DNA from: an uncultured Candidatus Saccharibacteria bacterium
GTDB taxonomy: Bacteria > Patescibacteriota > Minisyncoccia > Phycocordibacterales > PALSA-1337
Direction: 5' to 3'
NCBI GenBank assembly: GCA_964416985.1
Contig: CAYQFS010000001.1
Location: forward strand, 19,413 to 83,412
Length of the DNA stretch: 64,000 bases
The translations under genes were made by a program, and so were the position numbers. Numbering within the stretch: position 1 is the stretch's first letter; every line of letters begins with the position of its first letter. This document shows, one piece after another, positions 1 through 10,194 of this stretch. Below the pieces are notes generated by a model. The model saw nothing but the letters and a program-made list of their open reading frames with translations. It was not told where the DNA came from and ran no database searches.

Positions 1-874
1 CAACAAGGGATTTTTTCATGTCTTCAATTTCTGTGGTTGGTATATCGGTAATAATTTCAAATCCTGGAATAATGAGTTCATCAGTCCAGCTCATAACTTT
101 TCCAAAAATGTCTTCTGGTGTCTGATCGAGACTTACCATATTCCCCTCTGTCTTTCCCATTTTCTTTCCTGATGAATCTGTAAGTAGTCGTGAGGCGACG
201 ACAAATTTTTCTTTGTTTTTAAGTGCTTTCATAAGATCCCTGCCTGCGAGCATGTTGAATGTCTGGTCATTACCCCCAATCTCTCCATCAACATCCATTG
301 CCACGGAATCATACCCCTGCATAAGAGGATACATGAACTCATGAATATAGATTGGTTTGCCTTCTTGAGTACGACGATCAAACATATCGCGTTTGAGCAT
401 TTGATCGACAGTCATGTTTGAAGCAAGGCTCAACACGTCAGCAAAATTCATTTTAGAAAGCCATTCTGAATTAAATTTGAGAAGGGCTTTGTTTGGTCCT
501 GTGAAAGAGATGATCGCAGAAGCTTGTTCTTTGTATTTTGCACAGTTTGCAAGAACCTGATCACGACTTAGTTGCTTGCGTGCTGCACTCTTGTCTGTCG
601 GATCACCAATCATTGCTGTGAAATCCCCGATGAGAAGAATAATTTGATGGCCAAGCTTCTGAAATTCAGCAAGCTTTTTTAGTGGAATAGCATGTCCCAT
701 GTGAAGGGTTGGTCCCGTTGGATCAATTCCGAGGTAAAGTGTGACTCGCTCACCTCTCATTAGTTTTGCTTTTAGAAATTCTTTGTTGGGAAATATATTT
801 TCAACACCTCTCGACAAGAGCTCGTCGATTTTCTTTTCATCCGTTATAACTTGTGGTTTTTTGAGTCCGAACAT
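1..874 (-). CDS. tyrS: tyrosyl-tRNA synthetase, N-terminal ~290 aa (C-terminus runs off the window)
   Basis: Reverse-strand translation from ATG (rc of 872-874) gives MFGLKKPQVITDEK...HMGH (HIGH motif)...KMGKT (KMSKS-like); typical class I TyrRS layout; not in ORF track because there is no stop inside the window. Confidence 0.8.
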   Translation of the reverse strand, partial: MFGLKKPQVITDEKKIDELLSRGVENIFPNKEFLKAKLMRGERVTLYLGIDPTGPTLHMGHAIPLKKLAEFQKLGHQIILLIGDFTAMIGDPTDKSAARKQLSRDQVLANCAKYKEQASAIISFTGPNKALLKFNSEWLSKMNFADVLSLASNMTVDQMLKRDMFDRRTQEGKPIYIHEFMYPLMQGYDSVAMDVDGEIGGNDQTFNMLAGRDLMKALKNKEKFVVASRLLTDSSGKKMGKTEGNMVSLDQTPEDIFGKVMSWTDELIIPGFEIITDIPTTEIEDMKKSLV

Positions 875-908
875 GCACATAATTTAGCATGTATGGTACA
901 ATTTTGCT

Positions 909-3449
909 ATGTCACATCGTCGCTCTTCGCGAAAACACTGGTGGTCAAAACCCGCCCGTGGAATCGTACTATTACTTGTTTCTATTGGACTTATTGGCTC
1001 AGGGCTCCTTGCTCTATGGTTTTCGACCCTTCAAATCCCTGATCTCAACGCCTTTGAGGCTCGAAAAGTTGCTCAATCAACCAAAATATTTGACAGAACT
1101 GGAAAAATACTACTTTATGATGTTCATAGTGATGCAAAGCGGACCGTTGTTCCATTTGATCAAATTTCTGATTATATTAAACACGCAAGTATCGCTATTG
1201 AGGATACAGAATTTTATTCTCATATTGGCATAAAACCGACGGCCATTCTTCGTGCAATTATCGCTGATGTCCTTGGGGGTGGTCTTGCTCAAGGAGGCTC
1301 GACTATCACTCAGCAAGTCATAAAGAACTCAATTCTTACAAACGACAAAACAATCACTCGAAAGCTCAAGGAATGGATTCTTGCTCTAAAACTCGAAAAA
1401 GCCCTGACAAAAGATCAAATTCTTTCAACATACCTCAACGAAGTACCCTATGGAGGAAGTATTTATGGAGTTGAGGAAGCAAGTAAGACATTTTTTGGGA
1501 AGACAGCTCTCGATGTGACTCTTGGCGAAGCAGCGTATCTTGCTGCCATCCCCCAAGCCCCAACCTTCTACTCACCGTATGGCAAAAATAAAGCGAGTCT
1601 TGATACTCGTCAAAAACTCGTCCTTCAAAAATTAAAAGAAAACAACTTCATTACCGACACAGAATATGAAAATGCGTTGAAGGAAAAGGTTGTTTTTCTC
1701 GAAAAAAACACGACTGGCATCCGGGCACCTCACTTTTCCCTTTATGTTCGTGACTATCTGATTGATAAATACGGACAAGAAGCTGTCGACGAAGGGGGGC
1801 TCAAGGTTACAACAACCCTAAACATTGACATGCAAGAAAAAGCAGAAAAAGTCATTGCTAATTTCTCAAAAAACCTCGAGTCTCAGTTTAACGCAAGCAA
1901 TACAGCAATGGTTGCCATCGACCCAAAAACTGGAGATATTCTTACAATGGTTGGTTCGAGAAATTATTTTGACAAGGAAATCGATGGGAATTTTAATGTT
2001 GCAACAGCAAAACGTCAACCAGGGTCAACCTTCAAACCATTCGTCTACGCAACAGCATTTATGAAGGGGTACACTCCTGACACAGTGCTTTTTGATGTTA
2101 AAACAGAATTCTCAACCCAGTGCACACCCGATGGGAAACCAAAACCTGGAGTTGATGAGAAGATCTGCTACTCTCCAGAGGAGTATGACGGACTTTATGA
2201 TGGGCCAATTTCCATCCGCCAAGCACTCGCTCACTCGCGCAACATTCCTGCTGTAAAAGCACTTTATCTTGCAGGAATAAAAGAATCTCTTGCTACAGCA
2301 AGAGCAATGGGAATTACAAGCCTCACCAATCCTGATCGTTATGGGCTAACACTTGTCCTTGGAGGCGGAGAGGTTTCCCTTCTCGAGCTCACAAGTGCGT
2401 ATGGGGTATTTGCAAATGATGGTGTGAGAAATCCATATAGATCAATTCTTAAAGTTGAAGATAGTAATGGAAATATTCTCGAAGAAGCAGAAAATAATCC
2501 GGTGCAAGCAATTCCTCCTCAGATCGCGCGTCAGATCTCTGATATCCTAGCCGATCCGAAAGCTCGTCTTTCATACCTTAACCCTCTTATTGACCCTCTT
2601 GGAGGCAAGCAGGTGGCCATGAAAACAGGAACAACAAATGATTACCGTGATGTATGGATTGAAGGCTATACTCCAGGGTTAGTCGTTGGTGCCTGGGCTG
2701 GAAAAAATGACAATACACCAATGGATAAAAAGGTGGCGGGGCTTATCATTGCTCCGGTATGGGCGGCCTTTCTTTCAGAAATCAACAGTTCAATTACACG
2801 AGAATACTTCAAAAAACCTGAGCCGACCTCACCAGATCTCAAACCAACTTTGCGAGGGATTTGGAAAGGGGGAATTTCATACAAAATCGACACGGTTTCA
2901 AAAAAACTTGCAACAGAATATACACCACCAGAGCTTACTGAGGAAAAGATATTTAACAGTGTCCATTCGATTCTCAATTGGATAGATAAAGATGATCCAA
3001 ATGGAGAGGTTCCAAAAAACCCTCAAAACGACTCTCAATACGAATACTGGGAATATGGAGTCAGAAATTGGTTTGATGAATGGAAAAAGCAGAATCCAAG
3101 CTTTATTGAAGTAACAAATTTTGAAAATATCCCAGTAGACAAGGATGATGTACATATCCCTGACAACTTCCCTAAGGTAACAATCGCTTCCCCACAAAAT
3201 GATTCTACAGCAAAGCTCCGATCACGAATCACTATAAGCCTCAGCACAACAAACAAATATCCCCTCAAAAAAACCGAGCTTTATGTAAATGATAAGTATG
3301 TTGGTGTTAATGATACAAATCCAACAACAGTAAGTTTCACCCCGGTTGATCTCGGACTTTCTCCTGGAAAGGCAAATGTCCGTGTTGTTGTCTACGACAG
3401 CATTCTCAATCAGGGCGAAGCTTCTCTAAATCTTACCCTTGAGGAATAG
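909..3449 (+). CDS. class A penicillin-binding protein (transglycosylase/transpeptidase, PBP1A-type)
   Basis: N-terminal TM; GT51 motifs EDxxFxxHxG and QGGSTITQQ; transpeptidase STFKP (SxxK) and KTGTT motifs. Confidence 0.9.
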   Translation: MSHRRSSRKHWWSKPARGIVLLLVSIGLIGSGLLALWFSTLQIPDLNAFEARKVAQSTKIFDRTGKILLYDVHSDAKRTVVPFDQISDYIKHASIAIEDTEFYSHIGIKPTAILRAIIADVLGGGLAQGGSTITQQVIKNSILTNDKTITRKLKEWILALKLEKALTKDQILSTYLNEVPYGGSIYGVEEASKTFFGKTALDVTLGEAAYLAAIPQAPTFYSPYGKNKASLDTRQKLVLQKLKENNFITDTEYENALKEKVVFLEKNTTGIRAPHFSLYVRDYLIDKYGQEAVDEGGLKVTTTLNIDMQEKAEKVIANFSKNLESQFNASNTAMVAIDPKTGDILTMVGSRNYFDKEIDGNFNVATAKRQPGSTFKPFVYATAFMKGYTPDTVLFDVKTEFSTQCTPDGKPKPGVDEKICYSPEEYDGLYDGPISIRQALAHSRNIPAVKALYLAGIKESLATARAMGITSLTNPDRYGLTLVLGGGEVSLLELTSAYGVFANDGVRNPYRSILKVEDSNGNILEEAENNPVQAIPPQIARQISDILADPKARLSYLNPLIDPLGGKQVAMKTGTTNDYRDVWIEGYTPGLVVGAWAGKNDNTPMDKKVAGLIIAPVWAAFLSEINSSITREYFKKPEPTSPDLKPTLRGIWKGGISYKIDTVSKKLATEYTPPELTEEKIFNSVHSILNWIDKDDPNGEVPKNPQNDSQYEYWEYGVRNWFDEWKKQNPSFIEVTNFENIPVDKDDVHIPDNFPKVTIASPQNDSTAKLRSRITISLSTTNKYPLKKTELYVNDKYVGVNDTNPTTVSFTPVDLGLSPGKANVRVVVYDSILNQGEASLNLTLEE

Positions 3450-3468
3450 TCTAGATAATTTGTTTTAG

Positions 3469-3726
3469 TTATTTAATGTCGTTTATAACAATCCCCTGAA
3501 CTCTTTGCGACAAATCCCTTAGTATCGCTTGTTTCTTTATGTAGATCTCATTTTTGAAGGCTGCAGAGGCCCTTATGGTTAGAGTTCCATTCGAAATAGA
3601 AATATCTTTCGTATCAAATTCTACTCCTGTGTGTTTTTTAAGAATTTCAATGATGGTTGTTAGGTTTCCAATCTGCGCAAGAGCCTTATTCTTAAATTTG
3701 TCGAAAAAATTCCCTATTCCCTTCAT
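3469..3726 (-). CDS. small DUF721/DciA-like protein downstream of dnaN
   Basis: 85 aa; position immediately 3' of dnaN in the dnaA-dnaN operon; pattern GTLTIRASAAFKNEIYIKKQAILRDL resembles the DUF721 core. Confidence 0.4.
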   Translation of the reverse strand: MKGIGNFFDKFKNKALAQIGNLTTIIEILKKHTGVEFDTKDISISNGTLTIRASAAFKNEIYIKKQAILRDLSQRVQGIVINDIK

Positions 3727-3730
3727 GGAT

Positions 3731-4837
3731 TTAGCGGTTCATTGGCATTACGAGGTAGCGAAATGATGGGTCAGATACGGGATTAATGATGAGCGGCTTA
3801 TTGAGCCCACTGAAATTTAACGAAACACTATCAGAGTCAATGGACTGGAATGAATCGATGATGTATTTGTAATTAAAATTTATTTCAAGGGCCTCGCCAG
3901 CAATAGCCGCTTCGAGTGACGTCACATTCTCCCCTACGTCATTGTTTTTTGTCTTTATCTCACATAATTTAGAGTTTGGATTTACTTTTATATTAACTTG
4001 ATTAAATTTATCTGAAAAAATATTTGAGAGTTTGAGAGCGTTTATAAGATCTTGTTTTAAAACGACCACCTCAGTGCTGTTTGTTTTTGGAAGAATTTGT
4101 TTATAGTCTGGAAAAACCCCATCAATCACACGAGAAATGAGGAAAATACCCTTGTAGCTAAATGAAATCTGGTTTTTATCGAGACTTACTTCAACTTCGT
4201 CATTAATATTTTCCAAAACCCTCATAATATCTGGAATATTCTTGTAAGGAATAAGAATTTGACCGAAATCCTTGCTTTTTTTAAGTTTAACCTTCTTTTC
4301 AGCGAGACGGAATGAATCTGTTGCCACAAACACAACAAACTCATTGTCACAATAGATATACACACTTGAAAGCTCTGGTTTAATACTCGAAACAGATGAG
4401 CTGTACCAGACAGACTTGAGACCTTTTACAAAATCGGCTCCGTGTATAGAAAAAGTTGTTGAGTCAGAAACACGAGGAATGCTTGGAAAATCATCGTGAG
4501 GTAGGGTTTTAATTACTCCAGAACTTCTCTGTGTCTTTACTTTTACATTACCCTGATCGAGATCGAGTTTTATACTCTTGTCAGCTGCCTGAAGCCCCCC
4601 AATAAAAGAGGAGAGGGTGTTTCCTGGGACAGCGACAATTCCTGGTTCATCAACCTTTGCAGAAAGCGTTACCTCAATACCAAGATCGAGATTTGTTGCC
4701 CTGAGGGTGACAGTATTGTTTTTTGAAGCCTCAATCAGAAAACAAGAGAGAACTGGAAGTGTCATATGCTTCCCTGTTATTCGTTCCGCAAGCGTTACCG
4801 CTTCTTTTAATTTTTCTTGTGCACATTCTATCCTCAT
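3731..4837 (-). CDS. dnaN: DNA polymerase III beta sliding clamp
   Basis: 368 aa, MRIECAQEKL...LRATNLDLGIEV typical DnaN N-terminus; directly downstream of dnaA. Confidence 0.95.
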   Translation of the reverse strand: MRIECAQEKLKEAVTLAERITGKHMTLPVLSCFLIEASKNNTVTLRATNLDLGIEVTLSAKVDEPGIVAVPGNTLSSFIGGLQAADKSIKLDLDQGNVKVKTQRSSGVIKTLPHDDFPSIPRVSDSTTFSIHGADFVKGLKSVWYSSSVSSIKPELSSVYIYCDNEFVVFVATDSFRLAEKKVKLKKSKDFGQILIPYKNIPDIMRVLENINDEVEVSLDKNQISFSYKGIFLISRVIDGVFPDYKQILPKTNSTEVVVLKQDLINALKLSNIFSDKFNQVNIKVNPNSKLCEIKTKNNDVGENVTSLEAAIAGEALEINFNYKYIIDSFQSIDSDSVSLNFSGLNKPLIINPVSDPSFRYLVMPMNR

Positions 4838-5096
4838 GTTTGTTTGTTTTATTATATTAAATACTTATTGTTATTATTAGTTCTGTGGATATGGGGGTAA
4901 GTTCTTTTTGTCTTTATTCTCAGGCCTCTTTTGGAATTTGTTGTTGTGAATAACTTTTTAAAACTTTTAATAACTTTTTACCTAAGCAGCTCTTTTTAAA
5001 TTTTATCCCAAGTTTTCCTAAACCCACCAACAGCTTGTTCCCAGACTTTTCCCTCTAATCTCAGCAACTTTTCAACAGTTTTATCCACAGAACTTA
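4838..5096. promoter_or_regulatory. oriC-like DnaA-box cluster and AT-rich stretch between dnaA and dnaN
   Basis: Perfect TTATCCACA at 5081-5089; 8/9 boxes at 4884-4892 (rc ATATCCACA) and 4945-4953 (rc TTATTCACA); 7/9 at 5003-5011; AT-rich 4838-4880. Confidence 0.6.
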
Positions 5097-6443
5097 CTAC
5101 AACAACGCTCTAATCTGCGCAATTTCTTCCATTAAGATTGGATTTGTTTTTAAATCCTCCTTAACCTTCTCGCATGAATGAATAACTGTTGTGTGGTCTC
5201 GACCACCCATCTTGTCTCCTATTGATGGGAATGAAACACTTAAATCTTCTCGGAGGAGGTACATAATAACCTGGCGAGGTTTAACCACCTCTTTCTTTCG
5301 GGTCTTATCGTAAACACTTTCTTCATCAATGTTGTAAAATTCAGAAACAACCTTGATGACGTCTTTGATTGAGATGTTTTTCTTTGGTTTTGTGTTGTTT
5401 TTAACCAAGTTTTTGACTTCAAGGAGTGAAAGAGGACGATTCTTGAGTTGTGTTTGACAAACAACAGCATTGACTACCCCTTCAAGGTCACGAACATTCC
5501 CTTCTATATTTGTAGCTAGAAACTCGAGGACATCAGGAGCAATGATAATCCCACTGCTAAGACTTTTTGTTTTGAGTATTGTTATGCGGGATTCAAAGTC
5601 TGGAGCGGGTATTTCAATGATCATTCCCGCATTAAAACGAGACTTAAGCCTGTCTTCAAGACCAGGGATGAAATTTGGGTGTTTATCAGAGGAAAATATA
5701 AGCTGACGATTGCTTTCATGAAATGTGTTGAAAAGGTGGAAAAACTCCTCCTGGAACTTGTCTTTCCCAGAGAAAAACTGAACATCATCCATAATAATAA
5801 CATCATACTTTCGGTACTTTTCTTTGAATTGCTGAGCTTTTTGGTTTTGGAGAGCGTTTAGATACTCCGAACCAAACCTTTCTGATGTTAAATAGAAGAT
5901 TTTTTTATCAACATGTTCTTTTTTGATATGATTCCCTATTGCTTGAATAAGGTGGGTTTTCCCATGCCCAGTATTTCCATAGATGAAAAGAGGGTTATAA
6001 GCAGTTCCTGGGGTTTTGACAACAGTTTTTGATGCCGCATGAGCAAGTTCATTGAAAGGACCGACTACAAATGAATCAAAAACATAACGAGGGTTTAAAT
6101 TGTCATCTTTGTTTACATAATAGTCCTGCAACGGCATAGAAATTGTAGGTGTTGCCTGTATTTTCTTTCTTTCTTCAACTTTTCGCTTGTCGGCTTCTTT
6201 TAAAATAACATACTCGAGAGCTCGTACCTGCTCATTCATCTGTCGTAGCGTCTTTAGAATGACATTGTGGAACTTCTTGTAGAGCCAATCTCGAGTAAAG
6301 GGATTGGGAACACCAAGGTATATGATCCCTTCGTCGTGTTTTATAATACAGGTACCATTGAACCATGTTGAAAAATTTGCTTGTGATACTGCAAGTTCTA
6401 TTTCAACGAGAGCACTTTCCCATAATTTATTCAAATCATTCAT
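5097..6443 (-). CDS. dnaA: chromosomal replication initiator DnaA
   Basis: 448 aa; Walker [14 protein letters not shown]+ domain, C-terminal DNA-binding domain; flanked by DnaA boxes. Confidence 0.95.
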   Translation of the reverse strand: MNDLNKLWESALVEIELAVSQANFSTWFNGTCIIKHDEGIIYLGVPNPFTRDWLYKKFHNVILKTLRQMNEQVRALEYVILKEADKRKVEERKKIQATPTISMPLQDYYVNKDDNLNPRYVFDSFVVGPFNELAHAASKTVVKTPGTAYNPLFIYGNTGHGKTHLIQAIGNHIKKEHVDKKIFYLTSERFGSEYLNALQNQKAQQFKEKYRKYDVIIMDDVQFFSGKDKFQEEFFHLFNTFHESNRQLIFSSDKHPNFIPGLEDRLKSRFNAGMIIEIPAPDFESRITILKTKSLSSGIIIAPDVLEFLATNIEGNVRDLEGVVNAVVCQTQLKNRPLSLLEVKNLVKNNTKPKKNISIKDVIKVVSEFYNIDEESVYDKTRKKEVVKPRQVIMYLLREDLSVSFPSIGDKMGGRDHTTVIHSCEKVKEDLKTNPILMEEIAQIRALL

Positions 6444-6565
6444 TTATGTTGAGAGAAAGTAAAAAATAATACTCTTAGTATATACTTGTTTAAAAAATAG
6501 CAAACTTGTGGAAAGTTTATAAATATGTTGATAACTTGTGGAGAATAGTATATAGTGGATGAACT

Positions 6566-6700
6566 ATGTCATTTACATACCAGCCAAAGAAAAGAAAGAG
6601 AGCAAAGTCCCATGGTTTTCTCGTCCGAACAAAAACAAGCGGAGGGCGCAATGTTATCAAACGCCGCCGAGCTAAAGGTCGCAAGAAGATCTCTGTTTAA
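6566..6700 (+). CDS. rpmH: 50S ribosomal protein L34
   Basis: 44 aa [44 protein letters not shown]; missed by ORF track (below length cutoff; overlapping 62-aa ORF is another frame). Confidence 0.9.
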   Translation: MSFTYQPKKRKRAKSHGFLVRTKTSGGRNVIKRRRAKGRKKISV

Positions 6701-6702
6701 TC

Positions 6703-7038
6703 ATGCTCCCCAGCTCAAAGAGGCTCTCCACCGCTCTCTTTAAAGAAGTTATAACCAAAGGGAAACATCTACATTCCCCTTTGTTTGTCTTGAGGGCTAT
6801 TAAAACCGAGGGTTTGAGCCGTTTTTCAGTATCTGTGCCAAAAAAGGTGGCCAAAACAGCTGTCTTGAGAAACAAACTTCGTCGAAGATTCTATTCAGCA
6901 CTTAATCCCCTGTTTGTTGAGATAAAGCCGGGCATTCATGGTGTTTTTATTGTGAAAGAAACAATACTCAAAGCTCATTTCAAATCCCTTTCAACAGAGC
7001 TTCGTGAATTCTTTGTTAAATCAGGACTTTTGAAGTAG
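6703..7038 (+). CDS. rnpA: RNase P protein component
   Basis: 111 aa basic protein immediately after rpmH, RNKLRRR (RNR-like) motif; canonical rpmH-rnpA-yidC order. Confidence 0.8.
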   Translation: MLPSSKRLSTALFKEVITKGKHLHSPLFVLRAIKTEGLSRFSVSVPKKVAKTAVLRNKLRRRFYSALNPLFVEIKPGIHGVFIVKETILKAHFKSLSTELREFFVKSGLLK

Positions 7039-7048
7039 AATTACCCTT

Positions 7049-7774
7049 ATGTTCGGAACTTTATATCACTCCATAGTTTTCAATCCACTTTATAATGGAC
7101 TTATTTATCTCATGGATGTTTTTCCATGGATGGACGCTGGAATTGCTGTGATTATTTTTACGATCCTTGTTCGTCTTGTCCTTTTTCCTCTCTCAAAAAA
7201 AGCCATTGTTACTCAAGTTCGAATGAAACAACTTGAGCCCCAACTTCGGCACATTAGAGAATCAATGAAGGACGATAAGCAAGCTCAGGCATTAAAGACA
7301 ATGGCATTGTATAAAGAAAAAGGTGTAAGTCCTTTCTCCAGTTTTTTTGTCCTTTTGATTCAACTCCCCATTATCTATGCCCTTTATGCGATTTTTATGA
7401 GATCAGGGCTGCCAGTTGTAAATGAAACCCTTCTCTACTCATTTGTTCAGGTTCCAGTTATCAATATGCATTTTCTAGGGCTTCTTGATATAAGTAAGAG
7501 CAGTGTCTACCTTGCAGTAATTGCTGCCGCAGCTCAATTCTTCCAGCTCCACTTTTCTCTTGCAGCAAATCCAGGACCGGGAGGAGGTGGGGGTCAAATG
7601 GATGCAGCTCTTGCGATGACAAAGAATATGAAATATGTATTTCCTGTCATTATTTTCATAATTTCATACAAAATAGCCGCTGTGGTTGCTATCTACTGGA
7701 CCATCACAAGCCTCTTCACCCTTGCTCAAGAGCTTGTCGTTCGAAGACACCTTGCGCGACACGAACCTCTCTAG
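7049..7774 (+). CDS. yidC: membrane protein insertase YidC/Oxa1 (short form)
   Basis: 241 aa, multiple TM, conserved LxPL/QxP region FPLSKKAIVTQVRMKQLEPQL...; follows rnpA. Confidence 0.85.
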   Translation: MFGTLYHSIVFNPLYNGLIYLMDVFPWMDAGIAVIIFTILVRLVLFPLSKKAIVTQVRMKQLEPQLRHIRESMKDDKQAQALKTMALYKEKGVSPFSSFFVLLIQLPIIYALYAIFMRSGLPVVNETLLYSFVQVPVINMHFLGLLDISKSSVYLAVIAAAAQFFQLHFSLAANPGPGGGGGQMDAALAMTKNMKYVFPVIIFIISYKIAAVVAIYWTITSLFTLAQELVVRRHLARHEPL

Positions 7775-7789
7775 GTTTTTCGCTAGATT

Positions 7790-9055
7790 TTATTGATTGA
7801 GATCAAGTGACCAAAGACTAAGGTCATTTTTGTTTATAAAGTAGAGGAAGTTTTCTTTTGGATCAAGAGTGAGGTTTGTCGCATCGATCAGTCTGTCAGA
7901 GAGGTTTAAAAGGTTTGCAAGGAGATGCACCTCCCCTGTCGCTGTATCGAGATGCCAGAGTTGGTCAACAAATGATACACTCCCTTCATACCAATCATCG
8001 GGGTAGAGACTATTTGGAATTTCTGTTGGTACGGCACAGTAGACTTCGCTCTTGTGAACTGTACTCCAGACGCATTTTTCGGGGAGAGTTTTAAATATCA
8101 CTTCTTTTGTGGTTTTATTTTTGATGTTGTAAAGTGATGTTTTAAAGGTTCGAGACGCACTTGACGAGAAGAGTACCTGCTTTCCATCAGTACTTGTTTT
8201 TGTTGTAAGACCGAGGATTCCACCAAAGATTTTTGTCATTGTTCCGTTTTTAACATCTACAATATATGCGTATCCAGATGAGACTGCGGACGCCTTTGTT
8301 GTAATGATAATAGTATTTTCTTCAGGCCAGGAAACCTGAACCTGTGTGAGAGGTGTATCAAGTACTTTTGTTCTTTTTGATTCATCAAATTGAGAAATAT
8401 AGCCTATACCCCTTCCATTCTCAATATTGAAAGTGAAAACCCGATCCCCTTTTGGTGAAACAGTCACCTCTCTTATGTCTGCTGATAGGAATTTCCCTCT
8501 GATTTCGTATGGAGTTTTATTTACATCGATAGTGCTACTTGCCGTAACAATAACTTTTCGTACTTCTCCATAGAAATTCACCACGGTGTCTGTCCCCTCC
8601 TTTATGTAACGAAGGATAACAGCAGAAAGATTTTTGTTCCAGTAACTCTCATAAATTCGTGGAAGAGTAGTGTTTGAAAGTTTGATGATTGAAGCTTCAT
8701 CAGCACGCGACTCGTAGATGTGTCCTGCTCCACGATCGACGTAACGGATAAGAGTTGTGCTCGCGGTTGTGCTTGCTGACATTCCACCAACCGGAGTAGC
8801 GCTAATAAGTCTTAGAACAGGAAGTTTCTGGACCTCTGTTGGTGGTTGAGAAGCTGTCTCTGTGGTTGTTGAGACATAGTTGGTTGTGTTTGATGGGGGT
8901 GTGACACTACTCCTGTTGAATGGATTAAAGCCACCCGGATTCTCCTCTGTTTCAGTGAATGGTACGGGATTTCCAAGATACGCAAGCCAATAGTACGATC
9001 CCCCGAGGAAGAGAAGGATGAGAAACACTATTAAAAAGAGAAGTTTTTTGGTCAT
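7790..9055 (-). CDS. membrane-anchored hypothetical protein, beta-rich (last gene of T4SS-like operon)
   Basis: N-terminal TM MTKKLLFLIVFLILLFLGG; Ser/Thr-rich linker; long beta-rich C-terminal region; no recognisable catalytic motif. Confidence 0.5.
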   Translation of the reverse strand: MTKKLLFLIVFLILLFLGGSYYWLAYLGNPVPFTETEENPGGFNPFNRSSVTPPSNTTNYVSTTTETASQPPTEVQKLPVLRLISATPVGGMSASTTASTTLIRYVDRGAGHIYESRADEASIIKLSNTTLPRIYESYWNKNLSAVILRYIKEGTDTVVNFYGEVRKVIVTASSTIDVNKTPYEIRGKFLSADIREVTVSPKGDRVFTFNIENGRGIGYISQFDESKRTKVLDTPLTQVQVSWPEENTIIITTKASAVSSGYAYIVDVKNGTMTKIFGGILGLTTKTSTDGKQVLFSSSASRTFKTSLYNIKNKTTKEVIFKTLPEKCVWSTVHKSEVYCAVPTEIPNSLYPDDWYEGSVSFVDQLWHLDTATGEVHLLANLLNLSDRLIDATNLTLDPKENFLYFINKNDLSLWSLDLNQ

Positions 9056-10192
9056 TTATTTTGAAGTTTGAGATGGATTAAGTACCTTTTTGATCATGTC
9101 AACTCTTTTTGCCTTGAGTTCTTCATATTCCTTGAGTAATACAGGGTCGCTTGTATGAAAATTTTCGGGTACTATCTCTGGCTTTGAGTAGACATCCAAA
9201 CTATACTGAAGTCGGTCCCTGTATTGTTGTTTTGTCTTGCTATCTGCTGTTTGGTAGAGGAAGATTTCATGCATAATATCTTCCTGTTCTTTTGTCTGTT
9301 CGACATAATATTCCACCCTACCCTCTAGTTTTTTGGCACCCTCAAGGTCACCGTCATTTTTTAGTTGCTCGACATACCCCCCAGGACCAAGATATTTTTC
9401 TTTAATGAGGCTCAATCCGCCTTGTATTTTCTCGTTTACTTCAGGTTTTAAAGTAGCATCCTTTCCACTAAACGTTGCTGTGTAGTTACTTGCAGTGTTG
9501 GTGTAGTCAAGAATAGTAGAAAAACCGTTGTTTCCAATTCCCTTAGCCGTTGTACGTAGAATTTCTGCATCTCTCGACTTGTAATCTAGTTTAAGTGCAG
9601 CAAGCCTACGTTCATCCTCAGGACTCAAACCACTGGAATTTTTGAGTTTTTCCAATGCATCTATTGATAGCTTAGCCTCATCATTTTTTGACTGCAATTC
9701 TTTTATATTCTTAATATCCTCCATATTAAGAATTTTTATTTCATTTGCAAAACGATTTTGAAAAGCAGTTACATCACTTGTCTTTATCTCAACAGGATCT
9801 ATTCTTGAATTTATCTGCACAAGTCGAGGATCGATCGTCAGGAGAATAAGATATGAAACAAGAGCACCAAGAAGACCGATAATTGCATTCGTGATCCTGC
9901 TTTTACCATCACTTTTTCCAAAAGGAGATTCACTCGTCATGTATTCAAAACCACCCCAGATTATCATAACTATTGCGAGGAAGACAGCCAAAGCAATTGA
10001 GAATTTAAAGACATATTCGATATAGGTGTCAAAGCTTATACAAGTAAGTGTATTTCCACTGAGGCATTGTTTATCCTGGGTAATGCCATTAATATTCGGG
10101 AGAGGTTCGAGAAGAGTGTAGTTGTTCTGAGCATGCACTACCTGTACTGTAAAGATGAGAGCTATTATTATGTAGGGGAATATTTTTTTCAT
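9056..10192 (-). CDS. pilin-like (VirB2/TrbC topology) protein with C-terminal coiled coil
   Basis: Signal peptide, then two hydrophobic helices separated by a short loop (FKFSIALAVFLAIVMIIWGG ... AIIGLLGALVSYLILLTI), then ~250 aa charged coiled coil. Confidence 0.45.
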   Translation of the reverse strand: MKKIFPYIIIALIFTVQVVHAQNNYTLLEPLPNINGITQDKQCLSGNTLTCISFDTYIEYVFKFSIALAVFLAIVMIIWGGFEYMTSESPFGKSDGKSRITNAIIGLLGALVSYLILLTIDPRLVQINSRIDPVEIKTSDVTAFQNRFANEIKILNMEDIKNIKELQSKNDEAKLSIDALEKLKNSSGLSPEDERRLAALKLDYKSRDAEILRTTAKGIGNNGFSTILDYTNTASNYTATFSGKDATLKPEVNEKIQGGLSLIKEKYLGPGGYVEQLKNDGDLEGAKKLEGRVEYYVEQTKEQEDIMHEIFLYQTADSKTKQQYRDRLQYSLDVYSKPEIVPENFHTSDPVLLKEYEELKAKRVDMIKKVLNPSQTSK

Positions 10193-10194
10193 AA

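Noticed and set aside
6555-6743. 62-aa + [20 protein letters not shown]...
   Set aside because: It is another reading frame across rpmH. The 44-aa L34 frame (6566-6700) is textbook and followed by rnpA.
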